This document shows, one piece after another, positions 46,809-56,857 of a stretch of DNA of 64,000 bases (position 1 is the first letter of the stretch; each line of letters opens with the position of its first letter). This stretch comes from Gemmatimonadota bacterium (GTDB lineage Bacteria > Gemmatimonadota > Gemmatimonadetes > JACCXV01 > JAHWKZ01). Where the stretch lies: NCBI GenBank assembly GCA_036556305.1, contig DATBJO010000090.1:39923-103922 (forward strand), in the 5' to 3' direction. The notes below the pieces were generated by a model. The model made no database searches and was not told the DNA's origin. It saw nothing but the letters and a program-made list of their open reading frames with translations. Both the position numbers and the translations under genes were made by a program.

Positions 46809-47585
46809 TCATACCGAGCGCCGCGCGAAGTGCGCCACCGCGACGAGGCGCTCCGGCCACTCGCCCGTCGGATGATGCCGCCTGACCGCTGCCCGCAGCT
46901 CGGACTCGAACGGGACGCGGGCGGCGGATGTCAGCGCGCCTCCGCAGTACGACCACGAGAACGCGTACCCCACATAGGCGTCCTCGGTCATGGGGCGCTC
47001 GTGTTCGAACTCGGCGGGAGGCTCGACCGTGAACGCGGGATGGAGTGCCAGCGCCCCGGGCGTTCCCAGCATCGTGCGCGTGACCGGCCGACCGTAGCCG
47101 GGGTTGTAGCGGCCGATGAGGTCGCGCACCTCGTCGGTGAACGCGTCCGGGACCGTCACGTTCCAGAGCAGCGCGAGGAGTCCGCCGGGGCGGAGCACCC
47201 GCGCCATCTCCCCGAGGGCGGGCGCCGGCTCGAACCAGTGGAACGCCTGGGCCGCGGTCACGCAGGAAGCCGCGCCCGAGGCAATCGGCAGGTTCTCGGC
47301 GCGCGCGGCCACCGCGCCGACCCACCCGCGGCTGCCCCGCAGGCGCCGCCGGGCTTCCTCGAGCATGGACGGATTCGGCTCGATGGCCACGACACGCGCC
47401 CCGCGATCGAGGAGCGGGCGCACGGCGGCCCCCGTCCCCGAACCGACGTCGAGCGTCCGCCCCCGACCGTCCGGCACCCGCGAGAGGAGCGCGTCGAACA
47501 GCGCGTCCGGATACGTCGGGCGGAAGCGGGCATAGTCCCCGGCCAGCGGTCCGAAGACTTCGGTCGGGCTCCGCGGGTCTCTCAC
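46809..47585 (-). CDS. Class I SAM-dependent methyltransferase
   Basis: 258 aa; SAM-binding motif I LDVGSGTG and overall Methyltransf_11-like organisation. Confidence 0.7.
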   Translation of the reverse strand: MRDPRSPTEVFGPLAGDYARFRPTYPDALFDALLSRVPDGRGRTLDVGSGTGAAVRPLLDRGARVVAIEPNPSMLEEARRRLRGSRGWVGAVAARAENLPIASGAASCVTAAQAFHWFEPAPALGEMARVLRPGGLLALLWNVTVPDAFTDEVRDLIGRYNPGYGRPVTRTMLGTPGALALHPAFTVEPPAEFEHERPMTEDAYVGYAFSWSYCGGALTSAARVPFESELRAAVRRHHPTGEWPERLVAVAHFARRSV

Positions 47586-47663
47586 CCGGTCAACCTACGG
47601 GAGCGGCGCCGCGAGTCAAAGCGGGTTGCCCCGCCGCGCCGCCCTCGCTAGCCATCCGCGTCC

Positions 47664-48302
47664 ATGAGCCAGCTCGGGACGTTCACGTTCGCGGGACCCG
47701 CCGGTCTCATCGAAGCGCTGTACAAGGCCGGCGGCGAGACGCCCACGCGGGCGGCGGTCCTGTCCCACCCGCATCCGCGGTTCGGCGGAACCATGCACAA
47801 CAAGGTCATCTTCCGCGCCGCCAAGGCATTCGAGCGCCTCGGATATCCGTCGCTGCGCTTCAACTTCCGCGGCGTGGGTCGCTCGCGTGGTTCCTTCGCC
47901 GAGGGCGTCGGCGAGGCCGAGGACGTTCAGGCGGCGCTCGACTGGATGGCGGGCGAGCATCCGGACCTCCCGCTCGTCCACTGCGGCTTCTCGTTCGGGA
48001 ACTCGGTCGGGACGCCCGTGGCCGCGGCCGACGATCGCGTCGACCGGCTCGTCTGCCTGGGGACTCCGATCCCGAGCTTCCGGTTCGAGCTCTTGGCCGA
48101 CGTCACGAAGCCGAAGCTCTTCGTCCAGGGCGAGCACGACGCGCACGGCGCGCTCGGTGCGCTCCGGGAGGGTCTGGCCCGCGTGGCGCGGCCGTGGAAG
48201 CTCGTCGTCGTGGAAGGCGGCGATCACTTCTTCGCGGGTCACCTCGCCGAGATGGAGCGCGCGATCGTCGACTACGTGCCGTCGGACGACGATCCCACGT
48301 AG
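47664..48302 (+). CDS. Alpha/beta hydrolase fold protein
   Basis: 212 aa; nucleophile-elbow GFSFG and a C-terminal GGDHFF. Family assignment beyond alpha/beta hydrolase is uncertain. Confidence 0.6.
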   Translation: MSQLGTFTFAGPAGLIEALYKAGGETPTRAAVLSHPHPRFGGTMHNKVIFRAAKAFERLGYPSLRFNFRGVGRSRGSFAEGVGEAEDVQAALDWMAGEHPDLPLVHCGFSFGNSVGTPVAAADDRVDRLVCLGTPIPSFRFELLADVTKPKLFVQGEHDAHGALGALREGLARVARPWKLVVVEGGDHFFAGHLAEMERAIVDYVPSDDDPT

Positions 48303-49219
48303 TCGGACCAGAGCTCGTACCAGTAGGCGAGCATCTTCCATTCGCCCCAGCCCTCGTAGACGGCCAGCATCCTCGCGTCCGTGACCGGCTTCCGCGCGCG
48401 GGGGAAATGCGCCCGCTTGACGAACGAGCGGAACACGGTGTCCACGCCGATCCGGTCGTAGCGACCGAGGAGGGTGAGGACGTGGGCGGCGGCGTAGGGC
48501 CCGAGACCGGGCACGCGCCGGATCTCCTTCTCCAGGTCCTCCGTCGTCCCGTCCCACCGCCGCCAGGCGTCGAGGTCGAGCTCTCCGTCGGCCACGGCCC
48601 GCGCCAGCCCGGCGAGATAGGCGGCGCGGTACCCCCAGCGCGCGCGGTCGCGGAGCCTGGCGGTTCCGAGCGCCGCCACGCGCTCGGGGCCCGGGAACGA
48701 CCCGGTTCCCCCGATCTCGACGAGCTTCCGGACCATCGCGAGCGTCCCGGACCAGGTCGTGTTCGTGGTCGCGAGCACCTTGGTCACGTCCTCGAACAGG
48801 GTCGGCGATCGCAGAAGGCGACCGAAGCCCTCGGTGGCGGCGCGCTCGAACGGCGGACCGAACGCACGGCAGCGTGCGTGGAAGCCCGAGAAATCCTCGT
48901 CGAGCCGGAGCATGTGACGGGCGTCCCTCTCGATTCCCGCCCACGCGGCCCCGGGCAGGCCCGCTCGCTTCCCGCGACCGTCGACGACCTCCATCCGGAC
49001 CTCCGATCCGCGACCGGCCGGCTGAGAAAGGCGGATCCGGGTCGCCCCGCCGGCGACCGGCCACGGACGCTCGAGCGTTCCCGCATCGATGTCCGCCTCG
49101 TTGGGAGCCAGCTTGCACCAGCCGTGCGAGTAGACGGTGCTGGCGAAATCGAAGTCGCGCGGGACGGCGAAATCGCGCGCGGGCGGGCCCGCTGGATTCG
49201 AGCCTCCGGAGCCGGTCAC
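48272..49219 (-). CDS. DNA-3-methyladenine glycosylase II family (AlkA/Mag-like, HhH-GPD)
   Basis: About 315 aa from the GTG at 49219, which overlaps the upstream membrane-protein stop (GTGA). DFDFASTVYSHGW N-terminal block and the HhH-GPD region GLGPYAAAHVL...GVDT. The track ORF's N-terminal 200 aa are a low-complexity artefact. Confidence 0.65.
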   Translation of the reverse strand: MTGSGGSNPAGPPARDFAVPRDFDFASTVYSHGWCKLAPNEADIDAGTLERPWPVAGGATRIRLSQPAGRGSEVRMEVVDGRGKRAGLPGAAWAGIERDARHMLRLDEDFSGFHARCRAFGPPFERAATEGFGRLLRSPTLFEDVTKVLATTNTTWSGTLAMVRKLVEIGGTGSFPGPERVAALGTARLRDRARWGYRAAYLAGLARAVADGELDLDAWRRWDGTTEDLEKEIRRVPGLGPYAAAHVLTLLGRYDRIGVDTVFRSFVKRAHFPRARKPVTDARMLAVYEGWGEWKMLAYWYELWSDYVGSSSDGT

Positions 49220-49770
49220 GACGCCGCGCGCCGCTCGCGGGAGAGCAGCCCTCCACCCAGCCCGCACGCCCCGATCAGCCCGATGGCCCAGGCGGCGAAG
49301 TAGCCCCGCGGCGGGAGCGCTGCCACGAGGACCGGAGCCAGGGCGCCGCCGACCGCCCCGCCCGCGAGAAACGCCGTCGCGGCCCGGGATCCCGCGGACA
49401 GGCGCGACCGGGGCTCCCCGGCGAGGCGGGGCGCCGCGAGAAACGCGCCGAAGCCGGCGCCCGCCCCGAGCGCGAGGCCCCACGCGGCGGCGGTGGAGAG
49501 GATGAGATCCGGGCCCTCGACCGGCAGGATCGAGAACGGCAGGATCGCTCCCGGAATCGAGAACGCGAGGCCGAAGCGGAAGGCCACGCGGGGGCCCTCT
49601 CCGTGTCGGGCCGTGGACGCGCCGGCCAGCGCTCCGGCCGCCAGGAACAGGTAGAACCACAGGAGCGCGCCCCACGGCTCCGGGATCGCGAAGTAGAGCG
49701 GCGCGCCGGCGGCCGGCAGCACGGCGGCCGCGGCCCAGGAGAACGCGCCGCGCGCGGCCGGTCGATTCAT
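49216..49770 (-). CDS. Hypothetical polytopic membrane protein
   Basis: 184 aa, about five hydrophobic helices. ATGA overlap with the yjbQ stop upstream and GTGA overlap with the glycosylase start downstream support translation. Confidence 0.45.
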   Translation of the reverse strand: MNRPAARGAFSWAAAAVLPAAGAPLYFAIPEPWGALLWFYLFLAAGALAGASTARHGEGPRVAFRFGLAFSIPGAILPFSILPVEGPDLILSTAAAWGLALGAGAGFGAFLAAPRLAGEPRSRLSAGSRAATAFLAGGAVGGALAPVLVAALPPRGYFAAWAIGLIGACGLGGGLLSRERRAAS

Positions 49771-50159
49771 CCGACCGGCCCGAGCCAGATCTGTCGCGTG
49801 CGCGGGCCGTCGAACTCACAGAGGAAGATCGATTGCCAGGTGCCGAGCGCCAGCTCGCCGCCTTCGACCGCGACCAGCACCGATGAGCCGACGAGGGTCG
49901 ACATGACGTGAGCGGGAGAGTTCCCCTCGGCGTGCTTCCATGGCTGCCGGTCGGGGACGGCGTTCTCGAGCGCCGTCACGATGTCCTTCGCCACCGCCGG
50001 ATCGGCTCCTTCGTTGATCGTCACGCCCGCGGTCGTGTGCGGAACGTAGACGAGCCATACCCCGTTCGCGCCCGACTCGAGGGCCACCTCGGCCACCCTG
50101 TCGGTGATGTCGACCAGCTCGCGACGGGCGCCCGTTCGGACGGCGATCTCACGCATCAT
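49767..50159 (-). CDS. YjbQ family protein (UPF0047; secondary thiamine-phosphate synthase-like)
   Basis: 130 aa from ATG at 50159 (ATGA overlap with the cyclase-STAND stop). VYVPHTTAGVTINE and SPAHVMSTLVGSSV blocks. The track's 505-aa ORF is an upstream artefact. Confidence 0.7.
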   Translation of the reverse strand: MMREIAVRTGARRELVDITDRVAEVALESGANGVWLVYVPHTTAGVTINEGADPAVAKDIVTALENAVPDRQPWKHAEGNSPAHVMSTLVGSSVLVAVEGGELALGTWQSIFLCEFDGPRTRQIWLGPVG

Positions 50160-53100
50160 CCCGCGCGCGCCGCGGCCTGGGGGCCCAGCGACATCCCGAG
50201 CCGCGCGAAGATCGCGCGCGCCGCCTCGAGCTTCTGCTCGCCTTCCTCGAGGCGACCCGCCTCCCGGTCGTAGCGGCCCCAGTCGAACAGCACCCGTGCG
50301 CGCTCGGAATCCATCTCGGCGCGCTCGAAGACGCGGGTCGCCTCGGCGAAGGACGCCTCCGGAGTCCAGGTCTCGTCGCCGATCTCCACGGGCCCGACCC
50401 GCGCGGTGACGCGCCCCAGCACCCGCCACGCGTGCCCCAGGTGGTCCGGACTCTCGTCGCGGGAGAGGGTGAGCGCCAGACGCGCCGCCTCGAGCGCCTC
50501 GTCGTCCCGGCCCATTCCCAGACAGGCCTCGGCCAGAAAGCGATACGCCTCCGGGAGCACGTGGTACCCGGCCGGGCCGGCCAGGTCGATCGCCTCCGTG
50601 AGCAGCCGCTCCGCCTCCTCGAACTCGCCGAGGCCGAGGCGGGCGCCGGCGAGGTTGCTGAGGCACAGGATCTGCTCCGGTCGGTGGCCGGTCTCGCGGG
50701 CGATGCTGAGCGCCTCCTGGTACCGATCCCGTGCGGCGGCGTAATCGCCCTTGAGTCTCAGGGTCTCGCCCAGGCTGTTGAGCATCATCCCCACCGTCTG
50801 GTGGTCGCCCATCCGGCGGAAGATCGCGAGCGCCTCCTCCTTGCGGCCCTGCGCCTCCCCGAAGCGACCGGCGACCTGATGCGCCATGCCGAGGAGCTTG
50901 AGGCTCAAGGCCTGCTCGCGGAGGCCCGCGTCGCCGAGCGAGGTCGCGAGCTCGAGCGCGCGCGTCGCCAGCTCGCCCTGCTCGCGCGCCGCCCCCAGGC
51001 GGAAGTACCCGTCGCTCATCCGCACGAGCGCGAGGACCCGCTCGATCCGCGCGTCGGGAGTGTCGCCCGCCTGGGCGGCCAGCTCTTCCGCCCGCTCGGC
51101 GCTGGCCAGCAGTCCCTGGTAGTCGCCTTTCCGCTGCTCGATGAACCCGCGCCCGTTCCACGCCCGCGCCTCGGCGACCTTGTCGCCGGACGCCGCGGCG
51201 GCGGCACGCATCTTCTCGTAGGCGTCGATCGCGTCGTCGAAACGCGCGAGGACTCCGAGCGCCTCGGCCATGCCCCGATACCACTCGATTCGGCGACCCC
51301 GGCCGGATTCACCCGAGATGGCCTGCGCCTCCGAAGCGAAGTCGATCGCGCGCCTGTAGTACTCGATCGCGGTCGCGTGCGCGTAGGCGCGCTGTTCGTG
51401 ACGGGCGGCGCGGCCGTACCACTCCGCCGCTTCCCCGGGAACCCCCGCTCGCTCGAAGTGATCGGCGATCACCGCGGCGAAGCGATCTCCCTCCTCGCCG
51501 CTCCGCTCGACCAGCCAGCCGGCCACGACGCGGTGCCAGGCCACGCGATCGCGCTTGAGGACGCTCTCGTACGTCACGTCCCTCAGGAGCGCATGCTTGA
51601 ACGTGAACTCGGCGTCGCCCTCGAACTGGGACGACTCGTGGCGGTAGACGAGCTCCTTCAGCCGCAGGGACTCGAGCGCTTCGCCCACCGACGCGCCGGG
51701 CTCCTCACCCATGCGCTCGATCGCCTCGCTCCAGAACTCGCGCCCGACGATGGACGCCCGCTGGAGAACGACCCGCTCCCAGCGGGACAATCGGTCGAGA
51801 CGCGCCTGGATGATGCCGGTCAGGGTCGGCGGGACCCGCACTTCGACGAGTCGCCGGGCGTCGATCCGCCAGCGCTCGGGGTCCGGCTGGATGACTCCCT
51901 GGTCGATGAGCATCTTGATGAGCTCTTCGACGTAAAACGGGTTTCCTTCTGCACTTCCGACGACGACCTCACGGAGAACTTCAGGGACGCTCTCGGACTG
52001 CCGGAGGATCTCCTCGACGAGCTGCCGGCTCTGCCGCTTCGTCAGCGGCCGCAGGTCGATCCGATCGTGGTGCTCCATCCCCTCGCCCCACGAGGGGCGC
52101 CGCTCGAGCAGGCTGGGGCGCGCCAGGCAGAGGACGAACAGTCGCGCGCCCGCGCACGCCCGGGTGACCTGATCCACGAAGTCCAGCGAGCCGTTGTCCG
52201 CCCAGTGGATGTCCTCGAGCAGCACGACCGCGGGCAGCTTCTGAGTCACCCGGCGCATGAACTCCGCCGCATAGCGGAGCGCGCGATCGCGGATCTGGCG
52301 CGCGTTTCCGAGCATGGGCCTGACGTAGGGGCTGGTCGAGAAATCGAAGCCGATCAGCTGGCCCAGCACGTGGGCCATCATGCGGCTCTCCTCTCCCGGG
52401 CCGAGGAAGATCTCCATCCCGTTGCCGAACTTCGATCGCTTGACCTCGGCGCTGTCGCTCTCCTGGATTCCGAACCGGGAGGCGAAGAGGTCGCGCACGA
52501 GCGCGTACTGGAGGGCCGGCATCTCCTGATGGGCGCGGCCAGCGAACATCCATACGCGCTCGGGCTGGAGCTCGACCGCGCTCATGAATTCGAACATGAG
52601 TCGCGTTTTCCCGAGGCCGGCTTCACCGAAAACGGTGACGACCCGCGGCTCTCGCTCATCGAAGGTCTCGCGCATCATCTCGGTGAGAGCGTTGAGCTCG
52701 CGTTCGCGGCCGATCATGCGCGTCTCGATGCCCTCCACGCCGCGGGTGGAGAGGCGGAACCGCTGCCGCTTCGCCGCCAGGACCGTGTAGACCCGCACCG
52801 GCTCACCGCGTCCGCGGACCGCGGCCGGCTCCTCCTCGCGCACGTCGAAGACGCCGCGCACGTGACGGTATGTGTCGTGAGACACGAGGATCGTTCCGGG
52901 GGCGGCGAGCTCCTCCAACCGGCTGGCGACGTTCACCGCGTCTCCGACGGCGGTTGTCTCGCCGCGCGAGCCCACGCGACCCACGAGGACCATGCCGGTG
53001 TTGATCCCGACACGCACCCGCAAGGGTCGACCGGCGAGCTCGAGCCCGCCGATCTCCCGCTGGATGCCCAACGCCGCCGAAACGGCGCGCTCGGGATCGT

Positions 53101-53521
53101 CCTCTCGAGCCCCGGTGGCGCCCCACAGTGCCATGACCGCGTCCCCCATGTGCTTGTCGATCGATCCGCCGTGCTCCAGGATGACGCCGTCGACCCGGCG
53201 CCACAGCTGGTTCATGGCCTCGCTCACTTCCTCCGCGTCACGCGTCTCGGCGAGAGCGGTGAAACCGGAAACGTCGGCGAACAGGATCGTGACCAGGCGG
53301 CGGGTTTCGTCCTGAGGCGGAGCGAGCCCGGCGAGCTTGTCGCGCAAGGCCGCCACGGCGGCGTCGACGACGTCGTCACCGAGCGTCGAGCGCAGGGACT
53401 CCTGCGCCGCGATGGCGCGCTCGAGCTGCTCTCGATCGGAGCTCGTGGCTTCGCGGGGGTCGGGCCGATCTTCGAGGTCGCGCTTCACGTCAGGGAACGA
53501 TGACGACCTTCGTTCCGACAT
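50156..53521 (-). CDS. Adenylate/guanylate cyclase (class III CHD) - P-loop NTPase (STAND/AAA) - TPR repeat multidomain protein
   Basis: 1121 aa from ATG at 53521; a GTG at 53488 is an alternative start. N-terminal CHD (ILFADVSGFT, KHMGDAVMALWG, RVGINTGMVLVGRVG). Walker A VTVFGEAGLGKTRL and an NB-ARC-like region. More than 450 aa of C-terminal TPR-like repeats. No HTH at the C-terminus. Confidence 0.8.
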   Translation of the reverse strand: MSERRSSSFPDVKRDLEDRPDPREATSSDREQLERAIAAQESLRSTLGDDVVDAAVAALRDKLAGLAPPQDETRRLVTILFADVSGFTALAETRDAEEVSEAMNQLWRRVDGVILEHGGSIDKHMGDAVMALWGATGAREDDPERAVSAALGIQREIGGLELAGRPLRVRVGINTGMVLVGRVGSRGETTAVGDAVNVASRLEELAAPGTILVSHDTYRHVRGVFDVREEEPAAVRGRGEPVRVYTVLAAKRQRFRLSTRGVEGIETRMIGRERELNALTEMMRETFDEREPRVVTVFGEAGLGKTRLMFEFMSAVELQPERVWMFAGRAHQEMPALQYALVRDLFASRFGIQESDSAEVKRSKFGNGMEIFLGPGEESRMMAHVLGQLIGFDFSTSPYVRPMLGNARQIRDRALRYAAEFMRRVTQKLPAVVLLEDIHWADNGSLDFVDQVTRACAGARLFVLCLARPSLLERRPSWGEGMEHHDRIDLRPLTKRQSRQLVEEILRQSESVPEVLREVVVGSAEGNPFYVEELIKMLIDQGVIQPDPERWRIDARRLVEVRVPPTLTGIIQARLDRLSRWERVVLQRASIVGREFWSEAIERMGEEPGASVGEALESLRLKELVYRHESSQFEGDAEFTFKHALLRDVTYESVLKRDRVAWHRVVAGWLVERSGEEGDRFAAVIADHFERAGVPGEAAEWYGRAARHEQRAYAHATAIEYYRRAIDFASEAQAISGESGRGRRIEWYRGMAEALGVLARFDDAIDAYEKMRAAAAASGDKVAEARAWNGRGFIEQRKGDYQGLLASAERAEELAAQAGDTPDARIERVLALVRMSDGYFRLGAAREQGELATRALELATSLGDAGLREQALSLKLLGMAHQVAGRFGEAQGRKEEALAIFRRMGDHQTVGMMLNSLGETLRLKGDYAAARDRYQEALSIARETGHRPEQILCLSNLAGARLGLGEFEEAERLLTEAIDLAGPAGYHVLPEAYRFLAEACLGMGRDDEALEAARLALTLSRDESPDHLGHAWRVLGRVTARVGPVEIGDETWTPEASFAEATRVFERAEMDSERARVLFDWGRYDREAGRLEEGEQKLEAARAIFARLGMSLGPQAAARAG

Positions 53522-54014
53522 CGACCAGTGGAAAGACCGCGGCGATGTCGGCGTTCCGCATGCGCAGGCAGCCGTGACTCGACGCCCGGCCGACCGAGTC
53601 CTCGTTGGGGGTGCCGTGGATGGCGATCTCGTCGCTGAGGTAGAGGGCGTAGTCGCCGAGGATGCCCCGCTGGTAGCGCTCATCGCTGTAGGCCGGCGGG
53701 ATCGGCCTGCCGCGCTCGACGTAGTACCAGTCCGGAGCGTACCACACGGGATCCTCCTTCTTGCGCCCGATCTCGAAGACGCCCGTCGGGGTGCTGAACT
53801 CCCAGCCGCCGTCGGAATGAGCGAGCCGGACGCCGGTCCCGACTCCGACCGGGAATCGCAGCAGGACCGACTCGCCGCGGTGAACGGTGAGGAGCCGCTC
53901 CGAGATCGACACCACGAGGGAAACGGGTTCGAGCGCGACATCGGCGGGGGCCTGTCCGCGCGCCCCGGCCGCGCTCAGGAGCAGGGCCAGGACGGTCGCG
54001 ATCGGGCGGCTCAC
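53490..54014 (-). CDS. L,D-transpeptidase (YkuD domain), secreted
   Basis: 174 aa from the GTG at 54014, with a GAGGG Shine-Dalgarno. Signal peptide IATVLALLLSAAGARG and the catalytic HGCLRM motif. It overlaps the first candidate start of the cyclase-STAND gene by 32 nt. Confidence 0.7.
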   Translation of the reverse strand: MSRPIATVLALLLSAAGARGQAPADVALEPVSLVVSISERLLTVHRGESVLLRFPVGVGTGVRLAHSDGGWEFSTPTGVFEIGRKKEDPVWYAPDWYYVERGRPIPPAYSDERYQRGILGDYALYLSDEIAIHGTPNEDSVGRASSHGCLRMRNADIAAVFPLVDVGTKVVIVP

Positions 54015-54021
54015 CGCGCCC

Positions 54022-56130
54022 TCAATACCGCGCGAGCTCGCGTATACCGTCGCGGATGTCCTCGACCTGGGGCAGGATGGCGTCTTCGAGAGACGGGGCG
54101 TACCCGACATGGCAGTCCAGCGCGGCCACGCGCCTCACGGGACCGTCCAGCCACTCGAACAGCTCGTCGACGATGCGCGCGGCGATCTCGGAGCCGAAGC
54201 CCCACGACAGGGGATCCTCGTAGACGACGAGCGCCTTGCTCGTCCGTTTGACCGATTCGGCGATCGCTTCCCAGTCGTAGGGCGACAGGCTTCGCAGGTC
54301 CAGGACCTGCGCCTCGATGCCCTCCCGCTCGGACAGCTCCTTGGCCGCGACCAGCGAGCGCTGCACGGTCGCGCCATAGGTGACGATCGTGAGGTCGTCG
54401 CCCTCGCGGACGGTAGCGGCGCGACCGAACGGAATCATGTACGCGGAGCCCGGATCCCGTCCCTTGTTGTAGGCCTGGCGGTAAAGATGCTTGTGCTCCA
54501 GGAACATGACCGGATCGTCGCAGCGGATGGCCGTACGCAGGAGACCGTTCGCGTCCTCGGCGGTCGCCGGCATGACCACCCGGAGTCCGGGGTTGGCGGT
54601 GAAGAGCGTCGTTCCGGACTGCGAATGGTAGATCGCCCCGCCCTTCAGGTATCCGCCGCATGGCACGCGCACGACGACAGGCGCCTTGAAGTCGTTGTTC
54701 GACCGCCAGCGCAGGAGAGCGAGCTCGTTGCGGATCTGGTGGTAGGCGGGCCAGATGTAATCGTAGAACTGGATCTCGACCACGGGCTTTAGCCCCCGTG
54801 TCGCCATGCCCACGGCGCGACCCAGGATGTTCGCCTCGGCGAGGGGCGAGTTGAAGACCCGCACGCCGCCGTAGCGTCGCTGGAGATTCGCGGTGACCTT
54901 GAAGACTCCTCCTTTCCCCTTGACCTCGTCGAGGATCCTCTCGCGTGAGGCATCCGCCACGTCCTCACCGAAGACGACGATGCGCGGGTCGCGCTCCATC
55001 TCGTCTCGCATCGCGGCGTTCAGGAGGTCGACCATCGTGGTCGCCTCGCCCGAGAATCGCGGCTCGGTCGAGAACTCGTCCGAGGTCGGATCGACATCGG
55101 GAGAGTAGACGAACCGAAGTGCGGTCTCCGGCACCGGCTGCGGGGACTCGAGCGCGCGCTCGGTGGCCGCCTCGACTTCCCGATCGACCTCCGCGCGGAT
55201 CGCTTCGAGCTCCTCCTCGGAAGCCACGCCCTCCTCGACGAGGCGCCGCGGAAAAGTCGTCAATGGATCGCGCTCGGCTTCTTCGCCACGCTCGGCGTCC
55301 GGCCGGTACATGCGCTCGTCGTCGGAAAGCGAGTGCGAATAGGGACGGATCACCCTGGCATGCACGAGCGCGGGCCCGCGACGCTCCCGGCACCAGGTGA
55401 TGGCGCGCTCCAGCGTCTCGTGGGACGCGATGGGGTCGCAACCGTCGACCTCTTCGACGAACAGATCCGGAAAGTCGCGCACGAGCTTCGAGATCGAGCC
55501 TCCGGCGGTCTGAACCTCGACCGGGACGCTGATCGCATAGCCATTGTCCTCGATCAGGTAGAGCACCGGCAGGCGCAGATTGCAGGCGGTGTTCAGCGAT
55601 TCCCAGAACTCGCCCTCGCTGGTGGTTCCGTCGCCGGAACTCACGAGGACGATCTCGTCGCGTTCCCCGCGATCTTCGAGACCGGGGATGCGCGCCATCC
55701 GCCAGCCTGCCTCGGCGCAACCGACGGCGTTGAGGAACTGCGTCCCCGTGGGACTCGAGGTGGAGACGATGTTGAGCTCGGTCGACCCCCAGTGGGACGG
55801 CATCTGACGCCCGCCGGACTGCGGGTCGGCGGCCGCGCCGACGGCCTGAAGCAGCATGGCATCGTAGCTCATGCCGAGAGCCAGGCAGAGCGCGCGATCG
55901 CGGTAGTAGAGGTAGAACCAGTCTGCGCCCGGCTTGAGCAGCGGACCGGCGGCGACGAGCACGCCCTCATGCCCCGCCCCCGAGATCTGGAAGAAGATCC
56001 GGTTCTGCCGCTTGAGCTGGATCTCCTTGTCGTCGATCCGGCGGGCGGCATAGATGTGGCGATACATCTCGAGCAGCGTGGACGACTCGAGTCCGCGAAG
56101 CGTGCGTTCCGCCTGGGCTTCGGGATTCAC
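54022..56130 (-). CDS. 2-oxoacid dehydrogenase E1 component, fused alpha and beta subunits
   Basis: 702 aa. N-terminal alpha-type ThDP domain ([15 protein letters not shown]) followed by a beta/transketolase-like C-terminal region (FGEDV...KVTANL; EIQFYDY). Confidence 0.8.
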   Translation of the reverse strand: MNPEAQAERTLRGLESSTLLEMYRHIYAARRIDDKEIQLKRQNRIFFQISGAGHEGVLVAAGPLLKPGADWFYLYYRDRALCLALGMSYDAMLLQAVGAAADPQSGGRQMPSHWGSTELNIVSTSSPTGTQFLNAVGCAEAGWRMARIPGLEDRGERDEIVLVSSGDGTTSEGEFWESLNTACNLRLPVLYLIEDNGYAISVPVEVQTAGGSISKLVRDFPDLFVEEVDGCDPIASHETLERAITWCRERRGPALVHARVIRPYSHSLSDDERMYRPDAERGEEAERDPLTTFPRRLVEEGVASEEELEAIRAEVDREVEAATERALESPQPVPETALRFVYSPDVDPTSDEFSTEPRFSGEATTMVDLLNAAMRDEMERDPRIVVFGEDVADASRERILDEVKGKGGVFKVTANLQRRYGGVRVFNSPLAEANILGRAVGMATRGLKPVVEIQFYDYIWPAYHQIRNELALLRWRSNNDFKAPVVVRVPCGGYLKGGAIYHSQSGTTLFTANPGLRVVMPATAEDANGLLRTAIRCDDPVMFLEHKHLYRQAYNKGRDPGSAYMIPFGRAATVREGDDLTIVTYGATVQRSLVAAKELSEREGIEAQVLDLRSLSPYDWEAIAESVKRTSKALVVYEDPLSWGFGSEIAARIVDELFEWLDGPVRRVAALDCHVGYAPSLEDAILPQVEDIRDGIRELARY

Positions 56131-56274
56131 GCGCGCAAATTACGATCCGGCTGCGGGAGCGGCCAACGGGGCGCCGGGAGGAGTTGGGAGACTCGCCTTC
56201 GGGCGCGTATATTCATGGCCCCTGTGGACGGGACGGTTCGTCACATCACATAACCGCCGAGAGAAAAGGACCCG

Positions 56275-56856
56275 ATGCCCATCGACGGAAAGACGCGCGA
56301 GGACGCATGGCGCCTCGTGACCGAATACACCGACAGCGAAAACCTCCGCAACCACATGCTGGCCGTCGAAGCGGCCATGCGCGGCTACGCCCAGAAATTC
56401 GGCGAGGACGTGGAGACGTGGGGCATCGTCGGCCTGGTACATGATTTCGACTACGAGAAGCATCAGGGCGAGAATGGTCATCCGTTCGTCGGCGTCCAGA
56501 TCCTCGACAAGCAGGGCTGGCCGCGAGAAGTCCGGCGCGCGATCCTGAGCCACGCCGACTATACCGGCGTGCCGCGCGAATCCCGGATGGAAAAGGCCCT
56601 CTACGCGGTGGACGAGCTCGCCGGCTTCCTCATCGCGTGCGCGCTCGTGCGTCCGAGCCGCTCGTTTCGCGACCTCGAGATCAAGTCCGTGAAAAAGAAG
56701 CTCAAGGACAAGACTTTTTGTGAAGCGATCGACCGCGACAGCCTGAAGCGCGCCGCCGACGACCTCGGCATCCCGTTCGACAAGCACATCGAGAACGTGA
56801 TCGGATTCCTGCGTCCCATCGAGAGCAAGATCGGGCTGGGCAAATCGGGCAAGTAG
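56275..56856 (+). CDS. HD domain phosphohydrolase
   Basis: 193 aa; HMLAVEAAMRGYA...GLVHDFDY HD motif. Local GC is noticeably lower (roughly 60-62%) than the surroundings and it uses AAA/GAA/TTT codons. Confidence 0.7.
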   Translation: MPIDGKTREDAWRLVTEYTDSENLRNHMLAVEAAMRGYAQKFGEDVETWGIVGLVHDFDYEKHQGENGHPFVGVQILDKQGWPREVRRAILSHADYTGVPRESRMEKALYAVDELAGFLIACALVRPSRSFRDLEIKSVKKKLKDKTFCEAIDRDSLKRAADDLGIPFDKHIENVIGFLRPIESKIGLGKSGK

Positions 56857-56857
56857 C

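Noticed and set aside
50432-53503. 1023-aa plus-strand ORF
   Set aside because: Antisense to the cyclase-STAND gene, whose CHD, Walker A and TPR motifs identify the true coding strand.
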